Shown: one piece after another, positions 1 through 13,030 of the stretch | Numbering within the stretch: the first letter of the stretch is position 1 | Layout of the letters: every line of letters begins with the position of its first letter | DNA from: Macrostomum hystrix | Lineage: Eukaryota > Animalia > Platyhelminthes | DNA: 64,000 bases | Assembly: GCA_950097015.1 (NCBI GenBank) | Contig: CATNEN010000038.1 | Location: forward strand, 10,230,001-10,294,000 | Direction of reading: 5' to 3' | Made by a program: the position numbers and the translations under genes | The notes under the pieces: generated by a model | Database searches by the model: none | Told to the model about the DNA's origin: nothing | The model's input: the letters and a program-made list of their open reading frames with translations, nothing else

Positions 1-381
1 AACTTGTCTCGTTGTGTCCCTTAAACCCAATGAAACTTATCCAATTCACTTGAAGAAAAACTTTTTTCAATTCCATTAAGCCGGCCTACAGTTGCTATCT
101 TTAACTTCTATCTTAAATAATGCCCATTTATAAGCGCCCAACTGGGCTCTGTAACAGTGTTACAAATTTATAAATGAACTAGTGCCCCTTATTCAGTCCA
201 CGCATCTAGTTCTTTGCAAAGCTGAAAATCTCCGAATTCCCATATCCTATCCGCAGCCTTGGCCTAGCAGAAATTTCTCGAGAGTAACATTTTCTGACAC
301 TTTAGTGAATAACCTGATCGATTTTGGACAAACAACTGAACCCGCCGTCATTGACTTCGGTTAAATCCGATGTTAAATTTT

Positions 382-577
382 AGCCACTCTCCCTCAGTCC
401 ATCAGTCAGCCACTCTCCCTCAGTCCATCAGTCAGCCACTCTCCCTCAGTCCATCAGTCAGCCACTCTCCCTCAGTCCATCAGTCAGCCACTCTCCCTCA
501 GTCCATCAGTCAGCCACTCTCCCTCAGTCCATCAGTCAGCCACTCTCCCTCAGTCCATCAGTCAGCCACTCTCCCTC
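382..577. repeat. 26-bp minisatellite (~7.5 copies)
   Basis: (agccactctccctcagtccatcagtc)n. Confidence 0.95.
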
Positions 578-1927
578 ATTTCTCATTTTCAGTCGTTGGG
601 GTCCAAAATCGACAGCGCATAAAAAAACAAATTGAAAAGTATTGCATTTTATTTTCAGTTTTTGTCGCGCGTTGATCAAACACAGTGAGAAAGTTTTTTA
701 TGCGAGTAAAGTCTTTCACAGAGCGTCAACAAAGTCCTTGCAGCGTCTCCTCAAATATCCCAAGGCGCACAATGTCCCCCAGACCCGTTCGCGTTTGGCA
801 ACTACCCCGTTGGTGATTTACTCGTCGATTACTCAAATAGATCTGCGCCTGACTTTTTGATGTTGAATTTTTAGCAGCGGCCAAAATTTCAACCAAAGAA
901 TCCAAAAAAGTTTCAGGCACTTCAAATCGCTAACTTTTCTATTCCTTGGCGAACAGAAGAATACCAATAGCAGTTCACAATGTAACTTTTTCTTGTCTTC
1001 TGCTTTTGCGTTTCTTCCACTGTACATTTTGTGTTTTTGTTTTACTTTCCGTTTTCCTTTCAGAACTTTTGCTTTTGTAATTTGATTGATTTTCTGACTA
1101 AGTGAACTCACTGGCTCAACTGAATTGGGTCATTTCAATGAGACTTTACTAGTATTCACAGCGAAACGCTAGCTCCTCATCTTGCACAAATGTGATAACA
1201 CTCATTTATTTATTATTTCAATTTCATAACAAGTTTTTTATTGCTTAACATTGAAAACATTGCATTTAAACTTTTCTCGCGCAGAATGTATCAAATATGA
1301 CAGTTTTTTGAACAGTTTCATTTCATACATTTATTTTCACATGTTTTTTCTTGTCACGAATCGCCAACAAGACCAGATGATCTCTTTGTCCAAGTCCTTC
1401 TTCTCAGACGATCGCTCACAAATTTTAACAAAAACTGTTTAGTTTGTACGCTCGTCCTATGTACAAATAGTACACTTATATTGCCATTAGTAAACCTGTC
1501 AACTCTATTTCAGTTTTCAGAGTGTTGGGCCACTCGCAATTGGCCGTATATTTTAATTATTAAGTTATTAAGTTTCTAATATGAACAACCTGGAACCAAA
1601 TTTTCTATTGTGCAATGTTTTCACACAGAGAGAGAGACAATGAGCCAGAAAGTCAAGCCGATCGATTCATAAAATCATACTCATAAAAAATGAAGTGCGC
1701 TCTCTCAATAAAAGTAAAATCTACTGAAAAAAGGACTTCAGAATACGACAAAGCGCATGACAATGCGAATATTTTTCTATTTGTCATACAAGTCCAACAC
1801 TTAACAACACAGACACTATTTGCACAGAAAGACTGTTAAAATAATAACAGAAACTAAACCCTAGCATTGCCTTTTGCTCTTATTTATTTTTATAGATCTT
1901 CAACAGATCTTCAACAGGATCGTAACA

Positions 1928-2490
1928 GAAACAGTTTAGGAGTGACTGAAACAGTTCAGGAGTGACTGAAACAGTTCAGGAGTGACTGAAACAGTTTAGG
2001 AGTGACTGAAACCGTTCAGGAGTGACTGAAACAGTTCAGGGGTGACTGAAACAGTTCAGGAGTGACTGAAACAGTTCAGGGGTGACTGAAACAGTTCAGG
2101 TGTGACTGAAACAGTTCAGGTGTGACTGAAACAGTTTAGGAGTGACTGAAACAGTTCAGGAGTGACTGAAACAGTTCAGGAGTGACTGAAACAGTTTAGG
2201 AGTGACTGAAACAGTTCAGGAGTGACTGAAACAGTTGAGGAGTGACTGAAACAGTTTAGGAGTGACTGAAACAGTTCAGGAGTGACTAAAACAGTTTAGG
2301 AGTGACTGAAACAGTTCAGGAGTGACTGAAACAGTTCAGGAGTGACTGAAACAGTTCAGGAGTGAATAAAACACTTCAGGTGTGACTGAAACAGTTCAGG
2401 AGTGACTGAAACAGTTCAGGTGTGACTGAAATACTTCAGGTGTGACTGAAACAGTTCAGGTGTGACTGAAACCGTTCAGAAGTGAATAAA
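1928..2490. repeat. 20-bp minisatellite (~28 copies)
   Basis: (gaaacagttcaggagtgact)n. Confidence 0.95.
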
Positions 2491-2940
2491 AAACTTGTAT
2501 TTGAAACAGTTTAGTACCTCTTGGTTTGGGGTTTTTTGAACCCTTTCTGCACCTGATTGCACCATTTTGTATGAGTAAAATAATAAAATCCAACAACGCA
2601 ATTTGGTTTCAATCACGAACGTTTTATTGTTCAATTACCCTGCTCAGAGTCATACCTGATTTGTGTGTTAAGAGCAGTGTAGAGTAAAGAAAAGAAAGAT
2701 AAACATATGAGTATATAATAATCAGGAAATAAGAGCGCCATTCACTTGTTCTTGAATTTTTAGAGTCCTGGAAAGAATGATGAAGCGCTTTGTTCAATTG
2801 TTAGAAGTTACAAGGTTTTCCGTCCATTCGAGCACTAACAATATTTTTCAAGTTCGAGTTGTCCTTAAATTTGAGTTTACGAGTATAATATTTTGTGTGA
2901 GCCAGCATGATTGTCAAGTGGTTGAGCTTTGAATAATTAA

Positions 2941-5900
2941 TTAAACCTGGACCTCAGCCAAACTGGCGCCAGTCATGTGTCCATTGTTGGCACTTCTCCT
3001 GGCTCTCGTGTCATCGTTTTCGTCGCCTTCGTTGGAAGTGAAGCCACTGTTGACGACACCGGAGCCTGAGCGATTTCTTAGGCTCACCGACGAACTGTGT
3101 CCGTTGCTGCGACGACCTCCGGTCGGTTGCAGTTCCATCGAGTCGGCCTGTGCAAAGAATTCGGTCAACATGGCTTTTATATTTGGAACACAAAGCTACA
3201 GAACAAGAAAAACCAATTCGTTTAAAGTTAGATTTTTCAAATGCTCGGATTTTAAAGAAGACCTCAAGAATCCTCATGTTTGATAGAAGATCTCAAGAAT
3301 CCTCATGTTTGATGAAAGACCTCAAGAATCCTGATGTTTGATGAAAGACCTCAAGAATCCTGATGCTTGATTGAAGACCTCAAGGATCCTGATGTTTGAT
3401 AGAAGACCTCAAGAATCCTGATGTTTGATTAAAGACCTCAAGAATCCTGATGTTTGATAGAAGACCTCATGTACACGAAGTCTGACGATGAGAAAGTAAG
3501 GCAGATGTACACACCTGTGTTAGCGTATGGCTGCTTACAGTATCTGTGTGCGTGTGTGCTCGGGAGTCAGCGAAATGGGCAGAATTGCCTCCTCGCTGGA
3601 TGCGGGTCTAGTGTCAGCAAATGATGTACCATTGCCCGCAGCCCTCCTGCAGTTATTATTATTTATTATTATGACCTCAAGAATCCTCATGTTTGATGGA
3701 AGACGTCAAGGATCTTCAGTTTTGAGAGACTTACCTAAAAGATTCTTAAGTTTACAAGAGCACCTTAGGGATCCTCAGGTCTGACAGATGAGCGCAATCA
3801 ATTTCTAGTTGAATTTGAGCAACTGCTTAGCCCATCCAGTAACATCGAGCTCACCGCGGTTTCTCGCTCGCCGTCCTTGTCCGTCAGCGTCGAGGCGCTC
3901 TCGCTCTCGCTCTTCTCTCCGACCGGCTCGTGAATTACCTGGTCGTCGACATCTTCGTCGTCGTCGTCAACAAAGACGCAGTTAGCAGATGTTAGGCAGC
4001 TCTTGGGCAGGCAGCAGCACAATTTGTACGCGAACGGGAATACGTACTTTCGGTGCACAGTGCCCTTGACACCGGCAAGGCTGGCTGCCAATGGAAAGAG
4101 GGTGTTCCGTTGTGGAGTGGATTCAAATCTGAGCGAGAAATCGTTGACTGAAGCTCTGATGTCTACTTGATGTGTTGGGCTTTTTTGCAGTAAACTCACC
4201 AATCAGGCTAACAACAATGCCAACAATTATGGTGGTGATCACACCGATTGCCGGATACCACAGGTAGCTGATGCTGTAGAGGGAGTTTAAGCCCGGTCTA
4301 AAACAGTTGGAAGTTGGGCCTTCATTAGTTTTTTCATCCAATTTTCAAGCTGTTCATTTCTTATAAAATCAATCTGAAAACTATTTTTTGGATCAGAATT
4401 GCCGTCGATCTAGTTTTACATCATCTCAAACTACACTAAACACATCCCTGTCTCTCAAACAAACGTCCTCTTATTCTCTCCCCCTACGCACTATCTTCGC
4501 CCTACATACATCTTTGCCCTACAACCATATCCTGGACCTATAACCCTGTACTCGCCCTATAACCCTGTCCTCGCCCTAGAACCCTATTCGTCGCCCTACA
4601 CACTATATTTGCCCTACAAACTATCTTCGCCCTACACACTATCTTCGCCCTAGAACCCTATTCGTCGCCCTACACACTATCTTCGCCCTACATTCATCTT
4701 TGCCCTACAACCCTATCCACGCCCTACAACCCTATCCTCGCCCTATAACCCTGTTCTCGCCCTATAACCCTGTCCTCGCCCTAGAACGCCATTCTTCGCC
4801 CTACATTCTATCCACGCCCTATAACCCTGTACTCGCCCTAGAACCCTATTCTTCGCCGTAAAACCCTATCCTCGCCGTACAACCCTATCTTCGCGAACAA
4901 CCCTATCCTCGCCTTACAACCCTATCCACGCCCTACAACTCTATCCTCGCCCTACAACCCTATCCTCGCCCTATAACCCTGTTCTCGCCCTAGAACCCTA
5001 TTCTTCGCCGTAAAACCCTATCCTCGCCGTACAACCCTATCTTCGCGAACAACCCTATCCTCGCCGTACAACCCTATTCTCGCCCAAACTTATACTCACG
5101 GCAGAGTGGCGGTGATGGCCGTCGGATCTCGCGTCGGCGGCAGCACGGTGTAATTGCATCTGGACATGTCGGCCGGCACCTCCACCTCCTGCTTGGAGCT
5201 GGAGTAGGCGCCAATGCTAACCCACATGGACAGGAACACACCTACAATGGGACCAACCAGACCGCCAACCCAGTTAACGAAGGGAAACAGGGCACCGAGT
5301 AGGAATAGACCAAGGCTTGGTCCGCCAGTGGCGCCGCTAAATGACAATGAGGCCTGCAGAACTGTGCCGCCCAGACTGGTGGCAATGAAGCCCATGCCGG
5401 TGCCAAGTACGCCAAATACCACCACCAGCAGCTTGGTGATGATGGTTGCCGTGCGCTCGTTGAGTCGCGAGAAATAATTAACCGGCTGCAGGATGTCCTT
5501 CCAGACAATGGCTGAGCAGGCGTTCAGAGAGCTGGAGATGCTGGACAAGGCGCCGGAGAATAGCGCAGCCACGAATAGACCTGGAGAACAAATTCTTCTA
5601 CTTATTCGGGAGTTCAATAATAGTTGTCAGAATTAGCTGAGGTCGAAATATAGGTGAGTTATGGTAGCCTCATTAGTCCATGGACTGAACATATGCGCAC
5701 AGTTCTTTATAACGGCCACGCAAGCCACTAGTTAATTTCACACCCTGTCGCTACTTTTGCCCAACATCATAGAAATAATTATGGCGATACTCTGCACTGA
5801 CTACTAACTCAGTAGAATACCCTTTTTTCTATGATTTTTCTGCTCACAAAGTTTCATCGTCTAACCATCTCGGCTATTGTTGTTGATCATATTGTTCTGA

Positions 5901-8900
5901 GAAATGTTAGTTTTCATTGTCACTAGGGTCTTCGACAAGAATCGCTGAATATCTCGCCGATGCTGAACGTCGGACGGCTTTGAAAGCTAGTTCATTGTAA
6001 AGGGCAGAAAAATTTGATCCAAAAGGGCAGAAAACTTTCACGAAAATCGGTCATTCGGTTTTGGGAGCTATTGTGAAGTAGGCAGCGGTACGTCACCTGG
6101 GAAGCACGGCACGGCCATGCGGTCCATCACATAGTAGGGCACAATTTGGTTCTTGCCGACCCAACCGGCGCCGTAAATGTCGCAGCCGATGCTGGCGTAG
6201 TAGCCGAAGATGGCGAGGCCGGCGAAGCAGGAGCCCCAGGTCAGCAGTAGGCTGCCGGGCACGTTCAACAGGACCGACCTGCGAGGGGTAAGGCGGGCAC
6301 ACTCGCCAATGACTCCTCCAGAACTGTCGCGCTACTCGTGACTTTTTATTGGCGACAAGCATTTGGTTACAGTACTCCACTGACTCCTGAGCACACACCA
6401 TTGGACAGTTTCAGCCAGGGTACTCATATAATCTCACTACTGCGCCTTCGGTGTCGGCATGAAAGCTGGCGTCAAAGCACTATAAAACCTTCTCTCTCTT
6501 TCCCCTTCCAGTCGGTTACCACTTGGCCTTGCTCAGAGACGGTAGCGAGCTAAAACGCTGTACGGACGCCTGGTTGATGCCCATTGTGTACACCCAGCCG
6601 ATAGCGGAGCCAATGATTAGGCCCCACATTGTGTGTCGCTCTGTGGGATCAGGCGAGCCCTCCCACCAGACGATCCGATCGAACTTTTCAGCGTAATAGT
6701 ACATGCTGCCGAAACCGCCTGCGTCAATAGCGGCCTGCAGTGCAGGGTATCGACAGCGGGGGTCTTAATTGTCTTAAAGTCATGGGGTCGTTGGATAGAA
6801 AAAGTCGTGGGGAATTTGCACTCCTCAACTCAAAGCCATCACGAACTTATACTTGACAACTTAAGGGCGTTTGGAATTTACAATAATCAACCCCAGGTCT
6901 TTAAGAAATGTTCATCAACCCAAGGTCGCTGGGAAGCTACACTGATCAACCCAAGGTCGTTGGGAACTTAGACTCAACAACTCAATGTCTTTGGGAATTT
7001 AGACTAAAAAATTCACGGTTTTTGGGAATTTAGACTAAAAAATTCACGATTTTTGGGAATTTAGACTAAACAGCTCAAGGTTTTTGGGAATTTAGACTCA
7101 ACAACTCAAGGTCTTTGGGAATTTAGACTCAACAATTCACGGTTTTTGGGAATTTAGACTCAACAATTCACGGTCTTTGGGAATTTAGACTCAACAATTC
7201 ACGGTCTTTGGGAATTTAGACTAAACAGCTCAAGGTTTTTGGGAATTTAGACTCAACAACACAATGCCGTTGAGAATTTAGACTCAACAATTCACGGTTT
7301 TTGGGAATTTAGACTCAACAGCTCAAGGTCTTTGGGAATTTAGACTCAAAAACTCAATGCCGTTGAGAATTTAGACTCAACAACACAATGCCGTTGGGAA
7401 TTTAGACTCAACAACTCAATGCCGTTGAGAATTTAGACTCAACAACACAATGCCGTTGAGAATTTAGACTCAACAACACAATGCCGTTGAGAATTTAGAC
7501 TCAACAACTCAAGGTATTTCGAGGCTAAATCAATTCTAGAATCTCTGAATGTCACCGGAGATTTGCCTCGAAAACACAATCTCTGCTACCAAAAGTCCGT
7601 GGAAACAATGTACGGTCTCAATTTTAAAGTGAGTATTGACTGACGTTTGCAAACATAAACTAGTCAATAAAAATATGCGGAAAAATAGCTCTTATGATCT
7701 GCGTTTCTGCGAACCGGAAATGATGACTAAAAAAAGACTAAAAAATATTTTCCCTTTATAATCACTGCACTCAATAGAGAACAAATTTAACTCTAATTTT
7801 AGAGTTAACACACAAGTTGCCAAGTTGCATTGTAAAAACACATAGAAAATTAATAAAAATTACCCGAATGAAGATGCCAAACACACCAGCGATCATGACT
7901 GCTGCTTGGAACACGTCTGTCCACACCACCGCTTTGAGGCCGCCCTGAAAAAATAATCTAATCAAAATTTAAAACTTAGAATTTAGGGCCTAGCACTTGT
8001 CATTGCACAAGTCTCTATAAGCTTGTCATTTTTACTTCTTATTTTATGATAGGAGTTCAAATATTTTTTTCATCTAGATTTGGAAGCCTTGCATGTGTCT
8101 GCGAGTATACGATCGTAGTAACGAGATTTTTTGAGCCCGCAATTTAAAGTTTGAAAACACTCTCACCAGCATAGTATAAAATGTGCCAATGACGCCGCTC
8201 ATAATGATGGCATACTCTTTCTTGAACACTTTGCGTGTCACTGAAGCGGAAATGAATGCACTCGAATTACTTTGAAATTCTTTAGGGGATTATTTGACGA
8301 TAAACTTGTTTTTACTTTTCCATTCTCTCTGCGTTGTTTAAGTTCGTGCGCCCTCGCTCTGTACTTACTCCTCTCTCCCCCTGTTTGTCCAATTCTTAGC
8401 TAAATTTCGCTTCTTTCTTCTCTCCGTCGTCTCTGATTGGCTAGCTGCTAGTCTCTCTCCCCCCTCCTTCCCCCTATGATCTCTTACCCTCTGGGCCTGT
8501 CTTCGCTCCTTTGCGTAACGTAGGCTGTGTATGTTTAACTATTAGATGACTATTATTTCATTTTGAATTGATTGATTAATTAATTGGATACACCTGCCCC
8601 AACTGGGCCAGATGTGCAGCAGAGAGCACTGCCGCAGCTATTGCGCGACGCAACTGAAGGTTGCGTACAGCTAGCTGTTCAGTCCATGGACTGGGGGGAC
8701 GCCAGACCCACTTTCAAATATCTCAGCCAAAGCTGGGACCCATTCAACAGCTGGGTGAACTGAAGCAGTACAGAGTTAATTGTCTAGCTAAAAGACACAA
8801 TTTGTTTCAGCGGAGTCGGGAATCGAACCCCCGACTTCAAGTCGTGAGTCCAACGCTCTAACCACTAGTGTCGGAACTGCCTTTCCTCCAGAATATGCGT

Positions 8901-10817
8901 TTTTTCTCTTCCTCTCTTTTGCACTGCCCGTCGGTTTTTTTTATATTTCATAATTTCTCTAATCAACTATACTTCGAGTTGATTGTAGTTGTGCACATGA
9001 CACACTCGCTCGATAGAGGTCCCAATTTCGTTCTACTAAAGTAAGCCCTAAACAACTCCTTATTTCAGCAGTGAGATTATCAGCCATCTACTCTATAATC
9101 AAATTTTAAACCCGACAGAAAATAATTTTTCAAACCCTGCTCCATGGCTGTTGCTGGGGCGAACATGGCAATGCCCATGTAGACTATCTAAAAGTAAAAA
9201 AATGTTTCGGACGAAGCAGAGAGATAAGAACAGTCGTAGAGCTCAAATGGATACAAATTGACACTTACGCCTTTCAGAATGTACAAAAGATTGCCAACAA
9301 TGCGAACTGACCGAGAGCCAAAGCGTTCCTCCAAGTACTATCGGTATTGAGACGTAATTTGACTTTGAGTTTCTTTTTATAGTTGATTATTCATAAAGCA
9401 AGTGCGATTATAAGGCAAACTATAGAAAATTAGTTTGTAATGAAAAAATGTAAGTGCGTTTAGAATAAAAAATATTACTTACGTATGATTAGTTGAAAAG
9501 AGATGTGGTCACTAAAAATAGCTACTATATGTCATTCGCGGGGGATGTACTTGTTGCTAAAAATAGTTACTATTTGTCATTCGCGGGGGATGTACTTGTT
9601 GCTAAAAATAGTTACTATTTGTCATTCGCGGGGGATGTACTTGTTGCTAAAAATAGTTACTATTTGTCATTCGCTGGGGATGTACTTGTTGCTAAAAATA
9701 GTCACTATTTGTCATTCGCTGGGGATGTACTTGTTGCTAAAAATAGTTACTATTTGTCATTCGCTGGGGATGTACTTGTTGCTAAAAATAGTAATTAATT
9801 GTCATTCGCTGGGGATGTACTTGTTACTAAAAATAGTTACTATTTGTCATTCGCTGGGGATGTACTTGTTGCTAAAAATAGTAATTATTTGTCATTCGCT
9901 GGGGATGTACTTGTTGCTAAAAATAGTTACTATTTGTCATTCGCTGGGGATGTACTTGTTGCTAAAAATAGTTACTATTTGTCATTCGCTGGGGATGTAC
10001 TTGTTGCTAAAAATAGTTACTATTTGTCATTCGCTGGGGATGTACTTGTTACTAAAAATAGTTACTATTTGTCATTCGCGGGGGATGTACTTGTTGCTAA
10101 AAAAAGTTACTATTTGTCATTCGCTGGGGATGTACTTGTTGCTAAAAATAGTCACTATTTGTCATTCGCTGGGGATGTACTTGTTGCTAAAAATAGTTAC
10201 TATTTGTCATTCGCTGGGGATGTACTTGTTGCTAAAAATAGTTACTATTTGTCATTCGCTGGGGATGTACTTGTTGCTAAAAATAGTCACTATTTGTCAT
10301 TCGCTGGGGATGTACTTGTTGCTAAAAATAATTACTGAAAACATAATCTACTAATACCATAGAAGCTCTAAAAAGTATGTAAAAGTACACGAAATGACAT
10401 TCAAACCTCGAACGAGCTGGTCATCTTAAGCGGAAAGAACAAAGGCACAAATGTGTAAGCCGAGATGATGCAAGCCAGCATCATGCCGAACACATAATAG
10501 AAATAGATGATGCCGTTCAGATAGATCTCAGCTGGCGAGCCCAGGATGAGAATGGCCGACGTGAAAGAAACCAAAATTGAGATTGACACCGGCACCATCT
10601 GCATGCTCCGATCGCCCATCAGGTATTCGTTCGTAGTCTTCTGCCGGCCTCCGGTCAATGAGAAATAAATACCTATGGCGGCGCTGCCAATTAGAAAGAT
10701 GGCAAACACCAGGTAGTCGGCCCACATGAACTGCGTGTTGTTGTAGTACACTTGACCATCGGCCTGCGACGAAGCGGCTGACGCAGCCAAAGCCGCCCTG
10801 CTGACTAGCTGCTCCAT
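2941..10817 (-). CDS. Sodium:solute symporter, SLC5A5/6/8/12 (NIS/SMVT/SMCT)-like, 11 coding exons, ~699 aa
   Basis: Hand-spliced exons, all GT-AG and phase-consistent: 10817-10407, 9337-9269, 9187-9136, 8240-8167, 7944-7864, 6734-6520, 6278-6097, 5580-5100, 4297-4200, 4084-3855, 3147-2941. SSF motifs: DYLVF..IGIYF, EYLMGDRSM, YLEERF, GGLKAVVWTDVFQ, GINQASVQRF, GLFVAALFSGALSSISSSLNA, SISYLWY. Ends ...EVQV*. Confidence 0.93.
3255..3710. repeat. 28-29-bp minisatellite interrupted by a SINE
   Basis: (aagacctcaagaatcctgatgtttgat..)n in SLC5 intron 10. Confidence 0.9.
3470..3672 (+). mobile_element. SINE family A, 5'-truncated, with (TTA)n tail and 7-bp TSD, inserted in a minisatellite
   Basis: Close match to 26113-26260 (-) and 59730-59785 (+); tail ttattattatttattattat; gacctca duplicated at 3463-69 and 3673-79. 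Confidence 0.85.
4480..5085. repeat. Degenerate 19-20-bp minisatellite
   Basis: (cgccctacaaccctatcct)n in SLC5 intron 8. Confidence 0.9.
6960..7515. repeat. 31-bp minisatellite
   Basis: (gggaatttagactcaacaattcacggtcttt)n in SLC5 intron 5. Confidence 0.93.
8570..8880 (-). mobile_element. tRNA-derived CORE-like SINE (family B), near full length, in SLC5 intron 3
   Basis: Minus strand reads A box tagtggttagagc, B box ggttcgattccc, CORE-like ttaactct..cagttcacccagctgt.aatgggt, palindrome cagtccatggactg, and an AT-rich (tcaa-like) tail. Aligns with 25312-25570. Confidence 0.85.
9511..10335. repeat. 45-bp minisatellite (~18 copies)
   Basis: (gctaaaaatagttactatttgtcattcgctggggatgtacttgtt)n in SLC5 intron 1. 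Confidence 0.96.
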
Positions 10818-11342
10818 GCGGACTTAAAGAGGCATTTTAAAAAGGATTTAAATTTAAAGACTGGATGTTGAATTCGAAGAATGGGGGTGCAATACACACA
10901 AACCAAAATAGTTGCTCAGGGAAATAAATGATCAAACAAACACACAAAGCACCATTGCCCTAACCGAACCTTAATCCTCTTACCTTAAGCAATCGGTTTT
11001 CCGCAAATTGTTAATACAACTTTCTTTCAACTCTTTCACTTGAGAATTGAGTTTAACATACCTGGTATATAAAAATTGTTTCATAAACGGTGAGCACTTT
11101 AAATAGCAGTGCTATATTGAAAAAAATCCGAGCCATTGTGAGATAAGAATAAAAATTCTTGAAATTGATAAAGCCCCCATAGGGTTGACAAAGTTGTGTT
11201 TTTTGTTGCCGTCCATTTCGGCAAAAAGTGCCAAATACCTGCGTCAAAGTTTCTTTTAGTCTTGGTAAATAGCGCTTACCTGCTCAGCAAGATATATTTA
11301 ATGATTTATTGTACTCACTTAACACTGTAGATCATTTACAAG

Positions 11343-13030
11343 ACACACCTGACAGTCCACACTAGTCACATGACACACCTGACAGCCCACACTAGTCACA
11401 TGACACACCTGCCAGCCCACACTAGTCACATGACACACCTGACAGTCCACACTAGTCACATGACACACCTGACAGCCCACACTAGTCACATGACACACCT
11501 GACAGCCCACACTAGTCACATGACACACCTGACAGCCCACACTAGTCACATGACACACCTGCCAGCCCACACTAGTCACATGACACACCTGACAGTCCAC
11601 ACTAGTCACATGACACACCTGACAGCCCACACTAGTCACATGACACACCTGACAGCCCACACTAGTCACATTACACACCTGACAGTCCACACTAGTCACA
11701 TGACACACCTGACAGCCCACACTAGTCACATGACACACCTGACAGCACACACTAGTCACATGACACACCTGACAGCACACACTAGTCACATTACACACCT
11801 GACAGCACACACTAGTCACATGACACACCTGACAGCACACACTAGTCACATTACACACCTGACAGCACACACTAGTCACATGACACACCTGCCAGCCCAC
11901 ACTAGTCAGATTACACAACTGCCAGCCCACACTAGTCACATGACACACCTGCCAGCCCACACTAGTCACATGACACACCTGCCAGCCCACACTAGTCACA
12001 TGACACACCTGCCAGCCCACACTAGTCACATGACACACCTGCCAGCCCACACTAGTCACATTACACACCTGCCAGCCCACACTAGTCACATTACACAACG
12101 GCCAGCCCACACTAGTCACATTACACAACTGCCAGCCCACACTAGTCACATTACACACCTGCCAGCCCATACTAGTCACATTACACACCTGCCAGCCCAC
12201 ACTAGTCACATTACACACCTGCCAGCCCACACTAGTCACATTACACACCTACCAGCCCACACTAGTCACATTACACACCTGCCAGCCCACACTAGTCACA
12301 TTACACACCTGCCAGCCCACACTAGTCACATGACACACCTGCCAGCACACACTAGTCACATTACACAACTGCCAGCCCACACTAGTCACATTACACACCT
12401 GCCAGCCCACACTAGTCACATTACACACCTGCCAGCCCACACTAGTCACATTACACACCTGCCAGCCCACACTAGTCACATGACACACCTGCCAGCCCAC
12501 ACTAGTCACATGACACACCTGCCAGCCCACACTAGTCACATGACACACCTTCCAGCCCACACTAGTCACATGACACACCTGCCAGCACACACTAGTCACA
12601 TTACACACCTGCCAGCCCACACTAGTCACATGACACACCTGACAGCCCACACTAGTCACATGACACACCTGCCAGCCCACACTAGTCACATGACACACCT
12701 GCCAGCCCACACTAGTCACATGACACACCTGCCAGCCCACACTAGTCACATGACACACCTGCCAGCACACACTAGTCACATTACACACCTGCCAGCCCAC
12801 ACTAGTCACATGACACACCTGCCAGCACACACTAGTCACATGACACACCTGCCAGCCCACACTATTCACATTACACAACTGCCAACCCACACTAGTCACA
12901 TTACACAACTGCCAGCCCACACTATTCACATTACACAACTGACAGCCCACACTAGTCACATGACACACCTGCCAGCCCACACTAGTCACATTACACACCT
13001 GCCAGCCCACACTAGTCCCATGACACACCA
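11343..13030. repeat. 30-bp minisatellite (~56 copies)
   Basis: (tgacacacctgccagcccacactagtcaca)n. Confidence 0.97.

Noticed and set aside
3481-3580. Hammerhead ribozyme (ctgacga...cgaaa) in SINE A
   Set aside because: Stem II does not close next to GAAA and no stem III/NUH plus stem I could be built. Other CTGATGA hits (~38025, ~40595, ~40790) also lack the core.
8800-8880. Functional tRNA genes (also 28990, 54950, 59575)
   Set aside because: A and B boxes are present, but acceptor and anticodon stems are broken and each continues into a repeated SINE body.
9493-10354. Neuropeptide-precursor-like repeat ORF (KNSYYLSFAG)n
   Set aside because: Lies antisense within SLC5 intron 1, has no signal peptide or dibasic sites after the Gly, and is interrupted by a stop.
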